A stretch of DNA of 62,965 nt, the filler included, from Collodictyon triciliatum (Eukaryota), in NCBI GenBank assembly GCA_043381765.1. It is 4 parts of 4 records of this genome, joined end to end, with 100 filler letters (N's around TTAATTAATTAA, not from the genome) between each part and the next. Parts side by side here need not be neighbours in the genome. Positions count along the whole stretch, not along the records: positions 38,064 to 48,957 come from JBHJMP010000792.1; positions 49,058 to 62,965 come from JBHJMP010000795.1; 2 more parts are not named here. One strand, 5' to 3'. The translations under genes were made by a program, and so were the position numbers. The notes beneath the pieces were generated by a model, which was not told the origin of the DNA, did no database searches, and was given only the letters and a program-made list of their open reading frames with translations. Shown here one piece after another: positions 41,201 through 62,897 of the stretch (positions within the stretch are counted from its first letter, which is position 1; each line of letters opens with the position of its first letter).

Positions 41201-42122
41201 TCCTGTGACTATGGCAACCATTTCTGCTGATATCATGCAGCTATTCACAACAAACACTGATTCATGGCCAGCTAGGTCAATGTTCATTGAATACTGTTTC
41301 ACTTCCTTTGATTGGTCCAAAGGGAGAACAGTAGTCAAGCGGCATGTCGATGTTTCGTCGGAACATTTGTGCCCTACAAGAACAGAGAAGACACCTTTTC
41401 GTACTGAGCCTGATAAGGTGGATAATGGCGTAACTGCAGTGGATGGATTGTCGTGAAGCTGTGTGCTTCTGTCGAAGATTTTGTGATCTCTGTATAGTTC
41501 ACAATGTCCACTTTCGTGCAGGCAAACGAATAACTCAACAAGATATGTGGGTTCCGAGATTAAGGATGCATATATTTTGTTATTGATGATGGCTAAATTC
41601 AAGCCGAAAAGGGCTACTCGGGGTGCTGGAGCGTCTAAAACTTGTTTTAACTGGTATTCTGAAATGTGACGAGAAAATACGAAGATAGTACCTTTTTCAC
41701 CAAAGCGGGGAGCCCCAACCACCAAAATGTCGTTTTCCATAGCGATAGAGTGACCAAACAGCCATGCAAGTTCGGGATCCATTCCACACAAGGAACATTC
41801 CGAGGATGTTTTTGATTCTTCTGGGCAAGAAGGTGGATGGATTGTTTGGATGTTCGATGTTTCTGAGAATTTTTTTTTGATGAATAGTAACGAGTCCTCT
41901 TCCTTGACAATGGTAGGGGTGGCCGATGGCAATCCAGTTATTATCATCTTCCATCTGTGGTGCGTCGATCACATTGATGTAATCGATCGGTTGTGGCGGG
42001 GCATAAAGCCTCGTGCTGTACTCATGAGATCGGACATTTCCGTACCAAAAATCACTCCCGAGAAGAAATAGGACGCAAATGGAGCATTTGATAAGCGTGA
42101 GCAAAACGGACGCGCCTCTCAT
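38064..42122 (-). CDS. Large putatively secreted protein: signal peptide, FG-GAP (integrin-alpha-like) repeats, Ser/Glu repeats and basic 24-aa repeats; 3'-truncated, with one apparent frameshift
   Basis: MRGASVLLTLIKCSICVLFLLGS; WIAIGHP...GRGLV; LFGHSIAMENDILVVGAPRFGEKGTIFVF; ALFGLNLAI. Exons 42122-40864, ~40755-40621, ~40527-40467, ~40358-38694 and ~38575-38064 join in phase if one A is removed from the A9 at 41870-41878. Confidence 0.7.
38941..39592 (-). repeat. Coding Ser-rich minisatellites: 12-bp (SESQ)n at 38941-39051 and 18-bp (SSSESL/Q)n at about 39400-39592
   Basis: Directly visible units CTTTGGCTCTCA and GGCTTTCACTGCTGCTT(T/A). Confidence 0.92.
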
Positions 42123-43917
42123 CGAAAAGGGACACAGGGAGCGGGGCGAGTTTTGTGTGCTCTGGGCTCTTTCCTTCCTTTTTTTGGATGGGTATGTATT
42201 ACTGGTTCCTGATGCCTTTTTTGGGAATTTGATGTTACGGTACTTGTGTGGTTTCGGTTGCAGTGCGATCGATCGGCTTGCTGGGGTTGGATCCTCCCTT
42301 GTGACTTGGCGGTTTGGGACTGGGCGCGCAGCGGCTTAACTAGAGTGGTGTAGGAAGAAATGATGAACCTCAAGCATCGCATGTAGATTGGGTTTGGGTG
42401 ATGCCAGCACATCTGCTGACTTTTTTTTTTTTTAGGCTGCCTTTCTATTTTTTTCGGACAAGGCAAGGAAAAGAAAGAAAAAAGTAAAGGCGATAAGGGC
42501 GTGATCGGGCGCGATATCGTGGCGTTTTTTTAAAAGCTAGTGCTGATTGCTGAGAGGGAAATAAATGTGTATGAAAAAGAAAGAAAGAAAGAAAGAAAGA
42601 AAGAAAAGAAAAGAAAAGAAAGAGAGTACAAAATGAATGAATGAATGGATGAATGAATGAATGAATGAATGAAAGAGAATGAAAGAGGGAGAAAACAGGC
42701 CTCCTCCCCCAAACCAAAGACCATGGTTTGCTTCAGCGGCTGCCGCGGCAGAGCCTCTCTTAAGAGGCGGGCCGATCGCACCGAATCACGGGATGGGAGG
42801 GCGGCCGCCTGTGCGACCGGACTGTGCGCCAATTTCCGTTGCGCTGCGTCACCCGCCCATCACACGACCGCGCCGCAACTGGCTCCGGTGATTGAGTCCC
42901 GCGGTGAGCATTCGGGGAGGGGATCTGGTTTTTTGCTGGCTGTGCCAAAGGAAAGAATGGATTCCCAGCCCAAAATGGACAGTGCAAAGGTCGACTGGAC
43001 TGCAGCTGCACCCACACTGCGGTGATTTTGGATTATATGGGCATTCGACATCTTTTCTCCTTTTGGATGCAGCACTGGCTTCGGATTAGGTGCGGCGGGC
43101 GGGGAGGTTCCACGCTGGTTCCACGAATTCTATTTTTAGAGTGCAAATGTGGAATAGGCACACCCAGAACGCGAAACACAAGTTATTCCAGATAAGGGCC
43201 CATATCGCGCCGTGTGGCGTCTTGCGTTGGTTTGGGCTGCACTGTTGGGATTGACAAAGCCTGCGTCTTGTGCGGTGCGCTACGGTTGCATCTGGCCGTC
43301 GATCGCTGCAGGTCTTGTAATTCTCTGCTGCCTTCCTTGCTTCCTATATTCTTATCTTTCTTTGCGTGCTTCTTTATTTCCTTTCGCCTCTATTAGTTCC
43401 TTTCTCTTCTGCTTCCTTTTCATTTTTTATTTCTTATTTTTTATTTCTTATTTTTTATTTCTTATTTTTTATTTTTTATTTCTTATTTTTTATTTCTTAT
43501 TTTTTATTTCTTATTTTTTATTTCTTATTTTTTATTTCTTATTTTTTATTTCTTATTTTTTATTTCTTATTTTTTATTTTTTTTGCCTATGTGCCTCTGG
43601 GGAGGCGCTTTTCAGCTTTCACACCTCGAAGGGGCGTGCACGCTAGGAAATACAGGGGCCCACCAGCAAAACATTTCCATGCTCGGCCTGCATTATATGT
43701 TTATATATATATATATATATCTACTTTGGAGCGGGGTGTGTGGCTGCTGAATAAAGCAGCAGGATGGCAGTAACATGACAGGGGATATTAAAAGCGGTAG
43801 CATTGATGAATGGGCTAGTCTCGGTATGAATATTGAGGATAAATAGGTCAGGTCAGGGCTCCAAAGTTACGTTCAAGCACACAGGAGGCAGAATCTAACT
43901 AGACTCAATAGGGCTCG

Positions 43918-46653
43918 TCACTTTGTGCTGTGTATCCACCATACTGGTTGTGTCTCCCCAGAGCCATCGGGTGGGCGTTGGTGTCGTAGTACTTTTAGTG
44001 TTGAGTTGTGTTCGGTGTTAGTCGGCTCTTGGTGTTGTTGAAAATACGATGGGAGGGGAAAAAAAGGGGAAAGATCACATCTACATTCATCCTGGTATAT
44101 TACGTATATATGTGTGTGTCTATGGTTGTGTGTGCTTACTGAAGGATCATCCTGTGGTGGGTAATAGACAGAACCACGGTTTTGCATGACAGGCTGGTAC
44201 GTTCTGGTGTATGGATGATGTAATTCTCTAACAGTTATCTGTGGTCTTACGGAATACCCCATTGTGTTACCGTAGCCTGTGTAAACAACCTGAAGTGTTT
44301 TTTTTATAATAATTATTTCAATGTATGTGAATGCTTCGAATTAAACAACGGGGAAGGGGGATTAGTATACTGATAATTTGTATGAGAGTTCCGATTCGCA
44401 TAGTATCAAACATTTGTTTTTCAGATAAAGTTTTCGATTCGACATTTTTTTTTCTTCTGGGAGGTGTCTTCGGAGATGGGCGAAAAGATGGAAAATATCA
44501 CGGGACCAATCAGTATGTAAATAAAAGTATCTATATATCTGAGCATTAGCAATTAGTAAACCTCTTGGCGCGCGCGATATGCAGGTATATCTATCCCCCG
44601 AAGGTAAACATTAGCGCCTAGACGGAAGAGCTTTTTGCACAACGGGCAATCGTGGGCGTGTCTTCTCCAATGTTGGTTGCAAGCTGGGAAATTCGATTTA
44701 GGATGGGGATGAAAATGGCTGTGAGTGTCCAACTCAAAGACCATATGTAGTTTTTTTTTTTTTTTATTCTTCCTTTCAACTTTTGTGCAGGACCGAGGGA
44801 AAGACCATATGTAGTAGTGAATCATCGCCTTTAATCATTTGCATTTATAGCGCAAAGTGTTCGTATATATACTGGACAGCCTTGGATTCATGTGGTGCGA
44901 TTGTAAGGATATCTTAGGTTCAAATTTAGACATACCGTTGCATACGGGGACTCTAGCACCCAAATACCGGTACACGCGCTTTTTCTCTAGGCTACACCCA
45001 GAGCACAGTTTCGGAGTTCCATCTACCATTGGTTTAATTGATTAAATCGAGGGATTAAATTGCGCGTCGCCCATCCCCTTCCCTCTGTCGCTCATTTTTC
45101 AAAGACGATTGATCATTCAACCAGCGATTGAGATTGTAAGAACATATACTGTTTTCTGGTTTTTTTCTGGTTTTTTTTTCTGGGTTTTTTTTTCTGGTTT
45201 TTTTTTCTGGTTTTTTTTTTCTGGTTTTTTTTCTGGTTTTTTTTTCTGGTTTTTTTTTCTGGTTTTTTTTTCTGGTTTTTNNNNNNNNNNNNNNNNNNNN
45301 NNNNNNNNNNNNNNNNNNNNNNNNNNNNNNNNNNNNNNNNNNNNNNNNNNNNNNNNNNNNNNNNNNNNNNNNNNNNNNNNTTTTTTTCTGGTTTTTTTTT
45401 CTGGTTTTTTTTTTCTGGTTTTTGGTATTAGTCTTCCAGGGCTCTCTTTCTGTTGACTTTGTCACTGTATTCATAAATCAGAACACAGAAACAACACAGC
45501 GTTAATCATAAACTGATTAATAAACTTACCCTCTCCTTTCCTATCCTTGGTTTCTCTTTGCATGTGGGTATCGGGTGAGGTTGTATTCTCCCCAGTGCTC
45601 TTATTTTTGGCAGCAAGCCCTTCCAAAAGAACTTCTTCTGGTGTCAGATCGTCTCCTCCTTCTTCCTGCCTGTTAGTAACCATGGTTGTCTGACTTTCGC
45701 AGGCCAGGGTTCTATCTATGGTCTCTTTGGATTTGAGGAAACCAGGTACCTCACTTGTAGAGATCTCCATAACTTTCTGTGAATGTACCAATGTTGGTTG
45801 GTTAAAGACTAATCCTCTTTCTGGTTGATTGTAAGGGTGGTGATATGTCATCGGGATTATCTTCTCATTCTCGCGGACACTTTTAGACGGAGCAGGATGA
45901 ACTTGTTTGAAGAGAAAGCTCTCATTTGAGCTGGTGGGGTGATTGGAATCGTCATACTGTCTCGGTCTTACATTACTTTTCTGCGATATATCGTAGGCCA
46001 ATGTGGATAGTTGCTCCAGGTTATATTGCCCGTCTCTGAAGCTATCAGCCTCTCTTGAGGAAAGCTTGACCTGAAGTGCTGGTTCCTATCAGATAATAGC
46101 TGACATATGATTCGCCATTTTTTAAATCGACAAAATAATAGTAAAATGAAATTTCCCGTTTCTCAACAATAAGCCAAGGTAATTAAAAGTGGGGAAGGAA
46201 TACTTCTACCTGTTGCGAGAAATAACAAAGCAAAACTAGAATGTGATTCCAAGAATCAAGTGCAAGGAACGGTTGCGGCAAGGTGAGAGGGAGATAAAAA
46301 AAAAAAAGGAAGTGATAGAGGAAAGGGATAGAACCTACGTAGTTACGAGTGTGGTGTTGAGTCGTGGGGGCGGTATATCTGGGCTGAATTCTACTTGTAG
46401 GGAACTCGGGATGCACTCCAAAAACACCACGATGGCTCTGCTGGGTTTGCTAAAGGGGAAAATATTGTAGGATTTTACAAGGCAAATACATCCGTAGTAT
46501 CACGTGTCTTTGGTTTAAATTAATCGATTGACCTGAATCTTCAAGCATTACTAACATATATTCCAATGCCATCAATAAATTATTAAATTGAATTAGCAGA
46601 TACACATATACATACACATACACATATACATACACATACACATACACATATAC

Positions 46654-46750
<97 letters not shown>

Positions 46751-46856
46751 TNNNNNNNNNNNNNNNNNNNNNNNNNNNNNNNNNNNNNNNNNNNNNNNNN
46801 NNNNNNNNNNNNNNNNNNNNNNNNNNNNNNNNNNNNNNNNNNNNNNNNNNNTACAC

Positions 46857-46953
<97 letters not shown>

Positions 46954-48298
46954 TACACCACTAATACATCCTCCTTCTCTTAGTCCCCCTCCTTCCTGTC
47001 CTCTGTATTATTTTTCATTCATCTCTCTTAAACAGGAAAAAAGAAAATCTTAAAGAAAGAAGAGGAACAGCGCACCCTGAAGTCATACACGGACTCACAG
47101 TCCTCCTGGGTCAGATGTGTATAATTGCGAGGTATCATATTGTCGGTAAACGCGGGATTGACTCGCCCCATGAGAGGCTTCTCCCACGGTGCAACCAGAG
47201 ACCCGGTCACTGGCCCCAGCATTTTCTGCTGAGGCGGCCTGCGTACTAACCCGAAGCCTGACCTACCGCCAAGCAGGTCCCTTTGATTGGCGTCGTGGCC
47301 CTGGTCCTCATGGTCACCGTCGGCATCAGACTCTTCCCCACTGGACGCTCTTCTCCGATGCGCCGTCTCCTGCAGAGTGCGCTGGTAGATGAGGCTTGCC
47401 TCTGGCCGGGATAGAATCCTCTGAGAGTTCAGGCACCAAGCAAGCAGCGTGTCTCGGTCCCATGTGGCTGGGTCATCGCTGACAGCCCTGGCTCTCTTCC
47501 CTGACGGATCCTCGGCTGCCTCTGATGACCCCGGTGCATTCTCCTTGGGCTGCCCAAAAGCCTGCATCTCTTTCTCGCCCGCACTCGCCTTCTCGGTTCG
47601 GCCCTCCATCTCAGCGATGCTGAATCCAGGGTGGTTCTTGTCTGCGCTCGGGATTCCACGTTCTTTGGCTCCTTTTGGGGGGGCAGAGTTTGCGACTGCC
47701 CCAACCAGATTCGGCCCAGGCCCTCGCACGGGTGGACAACTCCGTGCTTGAATCTCGGCCTGCAGTCTTGCTTGCAACTGCGTGAGAAGCTGACTCATGG
47801 GCTTCGGCTGCTCTTGGGTGCTCTCCAGCGGCTTCCTTCCACTGTCGTGCTCTTGGTTTTGCGGATGCTTTTCTTTGTCCTCCTCTTCGCATCGATGGTT
47901 GGGTTTCTGCTTCTGCCCTTGTTTGTATTCTCTGTCTTTTTCCTGCAGCCTCTCTTTCTCCTTTTCGGTTTCATTCTTGGCTCCGGTATCTGCTCCTATC
48001 CCACTTTCTTTGTCCTTAACTTTGTCTCTCTCCTGTACTGTTTCGTGCTCTTCTTGCTGCTCTTGTACTTGAGTTTGTGTATGGCTTTGGCCTTGATCGA
48101 GCTCTAGGTTCTGTAAGGACCCCAAAGTCTGGCGCTGTGTGCGCATCAAGAGCGGATGTTGCGGACGTCCGTTGTGTCGCAGACCCGGCTGTGTAGAGCC
48201 GTTGGAAGTGTGGTTCGGCCATTCGTTCGCCGATGCGTTTGGCTCGGTGTTTGTAGAGTTTGTTTGGACCTCTTGGCGTGGCTCGGATCGGTGGTCTG
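43918..48298 (-). CDS. Low-complexity protein with a divergent GATA-type zinc finger near the C-terminus; start probably in the gap, last exon uncertain
   Basis: Splicing 44936|44683 gives CSGC-SLEKKRVYRYLGARVPV-CNAC-NQHWRRH, i.e. C-x2-C-x17-CNAC, followed by HDCPLCKK. Long GC-rich exon at 47076-48298. Confidence 0.65.
44736..44815 (-). mobile_element. Family-A LINE 3'-end insertion (48 nt) with a 16-bp TSD, in the intron that splits the zinc finger
   Basis: AAAGACCATATGTAGT at 44736-44751 and 44800-44815; insert reverse complement CCCTCGGTCCTGCACAAAAGTTGAAAGGAAGAAT(A)n, identical to 62927-62965. Confidence 0.92.
46600..46958. repeat. (CATACA)n microsatellite with a gap, intronic
   Basis: Perfect hexamer array; source of the VY/MC pseudo-ORFs. 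Confidence 0.95.
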
Positions 48299-48862
48299 GN
48301 NNNNNNNNNNNNNNNNNNNNNNNNNNNNNNNNNNNNNNNNNNNNNNNNNNNNNNNNNNNNNNNNNNNNNNNNNNNNNNNNNNNNNNNNNNNNNNNNNNNN
48401 NNNNNNNNNNNNNNNNNNNNNNNNNNNNNNNNNNNNNNNNNNNNNNNNNNNNNNNNNNNNNNNNNNNNNNNNNNNNNNNNNNNNNNNNNAGAGAGAGAGA
48501 GAGAGAAATAAAAACGAAAGAAGCCGAAGGAAAGGAGGAAAGGAGGGAGTGTGACAAGAAAGCACCGCGTGGCTATTTCGACGTACCTTCACACTGGACG
48601 TCGACCAGGCGCCAAGTTCAAGGTGACAAACAAGAACAAGAACAATAAAAAGAACAAGAAAAGGAAAAGGAAACCAGAAAAACGAGAAAAAGAAAGAAAA
48701 AGAAAGAAAAAGGGAGGATTAAAGGTTCGAGAGACGTCAGAACTATGCAGAGGTTGGCCTAAATGAGCGTTTATGTAAAATGAGCCATGCCATACGGCGG
48801 CCTTCCGACTTGCACACTTAGAGGGGTGGAAGAAAATGTTTTGCGATCGTTCTATTTCTTTC

Positions 48863-48957
<95 letters not shown>

Positions 48958-49057
48958 NNNNNNNNNNNNNNNNNNNNNNNNNNNNNNNNNNNNNNNNNNN
49001 NTTAATTAATTAANNNNNNNNNNNNNNNNNNNNNNNNNNNNNNNNNNNNNNNNNNNN
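48958..49057. other. Artificial contig-joining linker
   Basis: TTAATTAATTAA at 49002-49013 within Ns. Confidence 0.9.
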
Positions 49058-49472
49058 CAAAAACAAAAACAAAAACAAAAACAAAAACAAAAACAAAAAC
49101 AAAAACAAAAACAAAAACAAAAACAAAAACAAAAACAAAAAAACAAAAAAACAAATCAAATAACTCCCGATCCATACTCACTCAGCAAACTTAAGACACC
49201 CAACTGGCGCTTTTGCTGTTTTCAGCTTCACCTTGATCAATATTCTTTCATTCTGTGAGAGTTCTTGTTATCTTATTCCGCCCCTGTGGTTGCACCAACC
49301 ACTTCCCCAGTCTCTCTGCCAGAGCTTCCTTCCTTCCTTCCTTCTTTCCTTTCTTCCTCTCTTCCATCCTTCCTTTTCCTTTTCCTTTTCTCTCCCCTTC
49401 TCTGTCCTCTCTCTCCTTTCTTGCTGTATTCTCAAGCGCCCCCAACCCGCAGCACGCACCACCCGAGAACCC

Positions 49473-58681
<9,209 letters not shown>

Positions 58682-59348
58682 TTTCTATCTGAGGTGCCAT
58701 ATCTGGGACTTGAAAAGCTGGTTGATAAGATAGCACATTTCAAGTTTATATGAATGTGATCTGCACTTATCTTCAAAGCGACTTATTATCGCAGTCAAAA
58801 TTGCTGTCTTTGATTAGCCTCCCTTTTCTTCCTTTGGGTGTTTTTTTTTTTTTTTTTTCTCCTTTTTTTTTTTTTTGTTTTTTTTTTTTTTTTTTTTTGA
58901 ATGCACACCTATTCCTTCTCTATAATATCACAACCCACGAACACTTGTATCTAACATGTGGGACACATCTTATATCACTTTCATCAACTTTTAAGAGTAA
59001 AAACACAGAATAAAGATATCTAACACACAACGGGTGTGTGGATAACATATCCCAAACCGGGTTTATTTTGGATATCATGGCGTTTAATAGAGAAACTGAC
59101 ACATTGTGCTGCCGGTGATGCCATTACTAAAGACCCACGAATATCTATCTTTTTACAGAACAGGCAGATTCGAGTTTGCGTGGGCGTGATTGTAGACTTT
59201 GAAACTGATCAATTTTTCATCACTCACACAGCGCAACAAGGTAAGGGCTCTCCCACAACCAAAAATCTCAATCATTTTTTTTCGTACAAACTTTTACCGC
59301 TTCGTAAATATTATTGTTTTGGTATTGTTTTTGGCTGCTTTATGCCAT

Positions 59349-60004
59349 ATCACCAATAGGGAGATATGGATAGGCACACACGCGACAAAAGCCGGCAAAG
59401 TCTCCCAACAATGCACACTTTGCAGCAACGGTAATGAATCCATTGAGCACGCATTTGTGCAATGTCCCTTCGCTCAAAACCTGCGCGAAACAGCCGGTGA
59501 GATTCTTCAGCTGACACTCAAGACAGCTGCCGCTGTTGGCCCAATCCAGGCGATATTTGGGCCTCTGCAACAGCTGCGTTCAGATGCGAAAACATTCTGG
59601 GCAGTGACGCGAGGCCATTTGCTATGGACTATGTGGATAGCACGCATATACTCACACAAAGCAAGACTCAACAACCAACCACCCATTCCTGATAACAGGC
59701 TGGATGACATCATACAAATCTCTTTCCTCAGCGGCTTTCTTCGCCACCTGCACGTTCTCTATTACTCAGACCCTGTGAGAAGAGACATATGGAAAGAAGC
59801 AGAGTAATATATTCAACCTCGCCTTGTATCCCTCATGCAAGCACAAGACCCAGGCTACAGGCCAAACCGCAGGATGCAATTCCTGATTACCGACAGCTTC
59901 TCCGCCACCAAGTCACCAAGTAGCGTCCATGCAAATGATGACTAGCGAACCAAAACCAACATCTCTACCATCCTGCACAAAATTGAAAGGAAGAATAAAA
60001 AAAA
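59349..60004 (+). mobile_element. 5'-truncated L1/Tx1-type non-LTR retrotransposon (family A): C-terminal ORF2 remnant with zf-RVT, premature stop, short 3' UTR and poly(A)
   Basis: CTLCSNGNESIEHAFVQCPFAQ is a CCHC zf-RVT motif, followed by LWTMWIAR. TAA at 59805-59807, but the frame stays open to TAG at 59943-59945. Ends TTGAAAGGAAGAAT(A8). Possible short TSD GCCAT (59344/60005). Confidence 0.85.
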
Positions 60005-60423
60005 GCCATGGGGATGGGTTATTAGCTGGGCATAATGGATTTGACTTCGACGTCATAGAATAAAAAAAATATGCGAATGCGATAGATTTCTGAATGATGC
60101 ACTTAAACAGAGCATTGCAATAAACGGTGAAGTGAGGCTACTCATTAAATGGGTTGTAGTGCGTAAGCACAGTTCAGATACGTATATTTATCACAGGAAA
60201 ATGGCATTCAATCAAATAACATTACAAAAAAATCATAATACAGTATTTTATTCAAATTGAGTGTTCTTTTCTTTAAGGATTGGCAACTTTCACATGCTGC
60301 TCTTGCTGGTTACGCATTCATTGTTGGGTATCAATTAGTTACATTGCCTCGACTTTGTCGGGACTTTGGCCTCGGATTGAATCCAGGTCAGGGCCTTTGG
60401 TAGTAGCAGCTTTTTAGGGTTCA

Positions 60424-61388
60424 AGTAACCTCGACCAACAATAGATGTGTTAAGGTGAGTCATGAATTTTGTTTCTATACCAAACTGACCTGTGCCTGAA
60501 TCCGAAACGCGTTAATGCTTTCAACCAAGGCGTAGCAACCATGGCGGCTGTATAAAAGTAATAAAACCCTTTTTTAAAATTATATATAATGGAAAAGAAT
60601 ATCAATGAGCCACATTGACCTTAGCGATAGTGCAAGACCAATAATCTATGACTTCCATTAAAATAATCGAACAGCAATCCACCAGAAGATTATTTTTTAT
60701 ATAGAATGTTCAAAAAGTCACATATATTTTATTAAGAAAATATTAAAATGTAAAGTGAAACAGAAACCATTCCTTTGTACCCAGGTTTTGTAAGCCACTA
60801 AAATGGGTCACAGAAGATACTCGATTGGTAGCTAGCGCCACTTAAACCTACACCAAATATCAGCCTTTTCTTTTTCTTTTTTTTTTTAAAAAAAAAACAT
60901 ACCATACATATAAAAGAATGCTATACTTTTCTTTAGCAATCCGTTCGATAAGCAAGCAATTGAATAGAAATTAAGAAAACAAAGAAGGAAGAAATTAACA
61001 CTCTCTTAAACTAGACTTTGGATTCCAACATCGATAAGTGCCTGCATTTATTTCAAAAGCAAAAATGAGCAGTGAAAGGTATCGAAGTGCTTTGATTTAC
61101 TGGTTTTTTTTTTTAGATCACGGAATATATCCCTTTCCACCAGATATCTGAGTGCATAAGGTTGATAAGTGGGCCGTTTGTTACGCACGAATATACTTTT
61201 CTCATCAACTAATTAAAAGCGATTTTCTGGTGCTTTCGTGTTGAATAGTGCGAATTATTAAGCAAAGGATTCGTAAAATCGTCCATGGACACACATTTAA
61301 TTATGTGCAGTTCTAGTATTTCCGCACTGTCAAAAGGGCGGCTACAAATGAACAATAAAGATACCGCGAAGAGTTCATAATATGATCT
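60424..61388 (-). CDS. Possible short-exon hypothetical gene
   Basis: Several GC-richer GT-AG-bounded micro-exons; two alternative readings are possible and no family is recognised. Confidence 0.25.
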
Positions 61389-62105
61389 AAGAAATGGAAT
61401 GGTTTGTAATATTAGCCATCATTTTTATTCATTGAGCTATTTGCTTCCAATACAATCACAAGCCCTCTTATTCAGTTCACAAGACACCAGCCTCATTTTT
61501 CCACTTTCTCCTATATTTTTGCTTTGGACATCCTGAGCAATCAAAATCTGTTTAAATTTTTTTTATTCCTGACTCTGTTTTGCGACAAAAAAAATTATCA
61601 TTTCATAAGAAATCAAGCAAACCAATATAGCAGATCGCTTTTCCGCTAGCACAATTATATCAATTAACTGACTCAGTCATCAGAAGCATCAATACCGAAG
61701 ACTAGCACAGCACAACAAAGCTATTGAATCCCTTTCGCGCAGACTCCCATTCTTTTATACTACAAAAACAATATATATATATTTATAAAAAACAATATCA
61801 AATAAAAAAAAACATCATTAGGCCAAGCAAACCGAAAAACCTAACATGAAAGATGCTTTATTAATTTTTTTTTTAAAAAAATAAATAAAATAAACGAAAG
61901 CTAAAACCTATGCAATTCTTTTACCTTAGCTAAAAAAGCCAAAAGACTAGATCGAGAGTGGGTTAGTCTGTCAAATGCTGGGAAATAATACTAATTATTA
62001 AAGATACAAGCAAGGACAGCGAATGAGTCCTTTAAGCAAAACTATATTTGATTCGCTGTGTTTCTGTATTTTATAATTCCCGGGTTATGTTGTTACTTAC
62101 TAATT

Positions 62106-62164
62106 AAGCTCAAGACTCAACTACTTTGAATCGAATAAAGGGAAAAAAAGCTCAAGACTCAACT
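62106..62164 (+). mobile_element. Family-B ultra-short retro-insertion (25 nt) with a 17-bp TSD
   Basis: AAGCTCAAGACTCAACT at 62106-62122 and 62148-62164; insert ACTTTGAATCGAATAAAGGGAAAAA. Confidence 0.88.
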
Positions 62165-62897
62165 GATAACTCATTTAAACATCCAAATAACTTATAATTC
62201 AACTATTCTAACGTCATGTGCCAATTTGTTAGGGCTCTCGTTGATACAGCAATTCAAAAGCCAAGAAGAACTGGAACTATTCAAGTTATGGAGCATCCTG
62301 TTGCAGAGCATTTTTGGCCACGCATCCACAACATCCGAACAACCCAATATCATATTTTTTTTTTATTAATTTATCTTTATATCCATAGTTACAGCATTAT
62401 TTTTATAATATCAACAATAATATGAAGTAGACCCTTATCCCATCTCGTGCAGTTTGGGACACTTTTCGTGGGCGTGACGGCGACTGGGTCTTTGGTCATT
62501 GTGCTGCCCACATCACGCTCACTTCGATGTACTCTTCCACGGTCTCAGGCTTTAAGCACATCTCTTTTAGTAAGATATTTGCTCTCATGTCGTTTGTTTT
62601 GATATGTTTGCTTTTCTCTTCTCAACTCAGACTTTTTTTATGGGATTCACATAATATTGGTGAAAAAAAAAATCCTCATCTAGGTATTATAACTATACTT
62701 TTACCTATTATTTTATTCTTCCATTAGGTGAGACTGTGGTCAATATACTATGCCTTGATATCTAATCTCAGGATTACAGACTAAGCTCCTCAACGTTCTC
62801 TGCGCCTGGAGGATTGCTGACGAGTAAGGGCAAGTGATTAATTGTCGCTGAATGCTCTTTCACTGTAGTCGTTAAATTTTATCAATCACAGGCTATC

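Noticed and set aside
59805-59807. TAA within the LINE ORF as evidence of an alternative genetic code
   Set aside because: Host genes end at TAA, TAG and TGA and have no internal stops; a nonsense mutation in a dead copy is simpler.
60780-60850. In-frame TGA in a candidate micro-exon as selenocysteine or recoding
   Set aside because: A downstream AG acceptor avoids the TGA, and no SECIS or selenoprotein motif is seen.
62233-62785. Three candidate plus-strand exons
   Set aside because: Several readings are equally possible, with no start codon context or family support.
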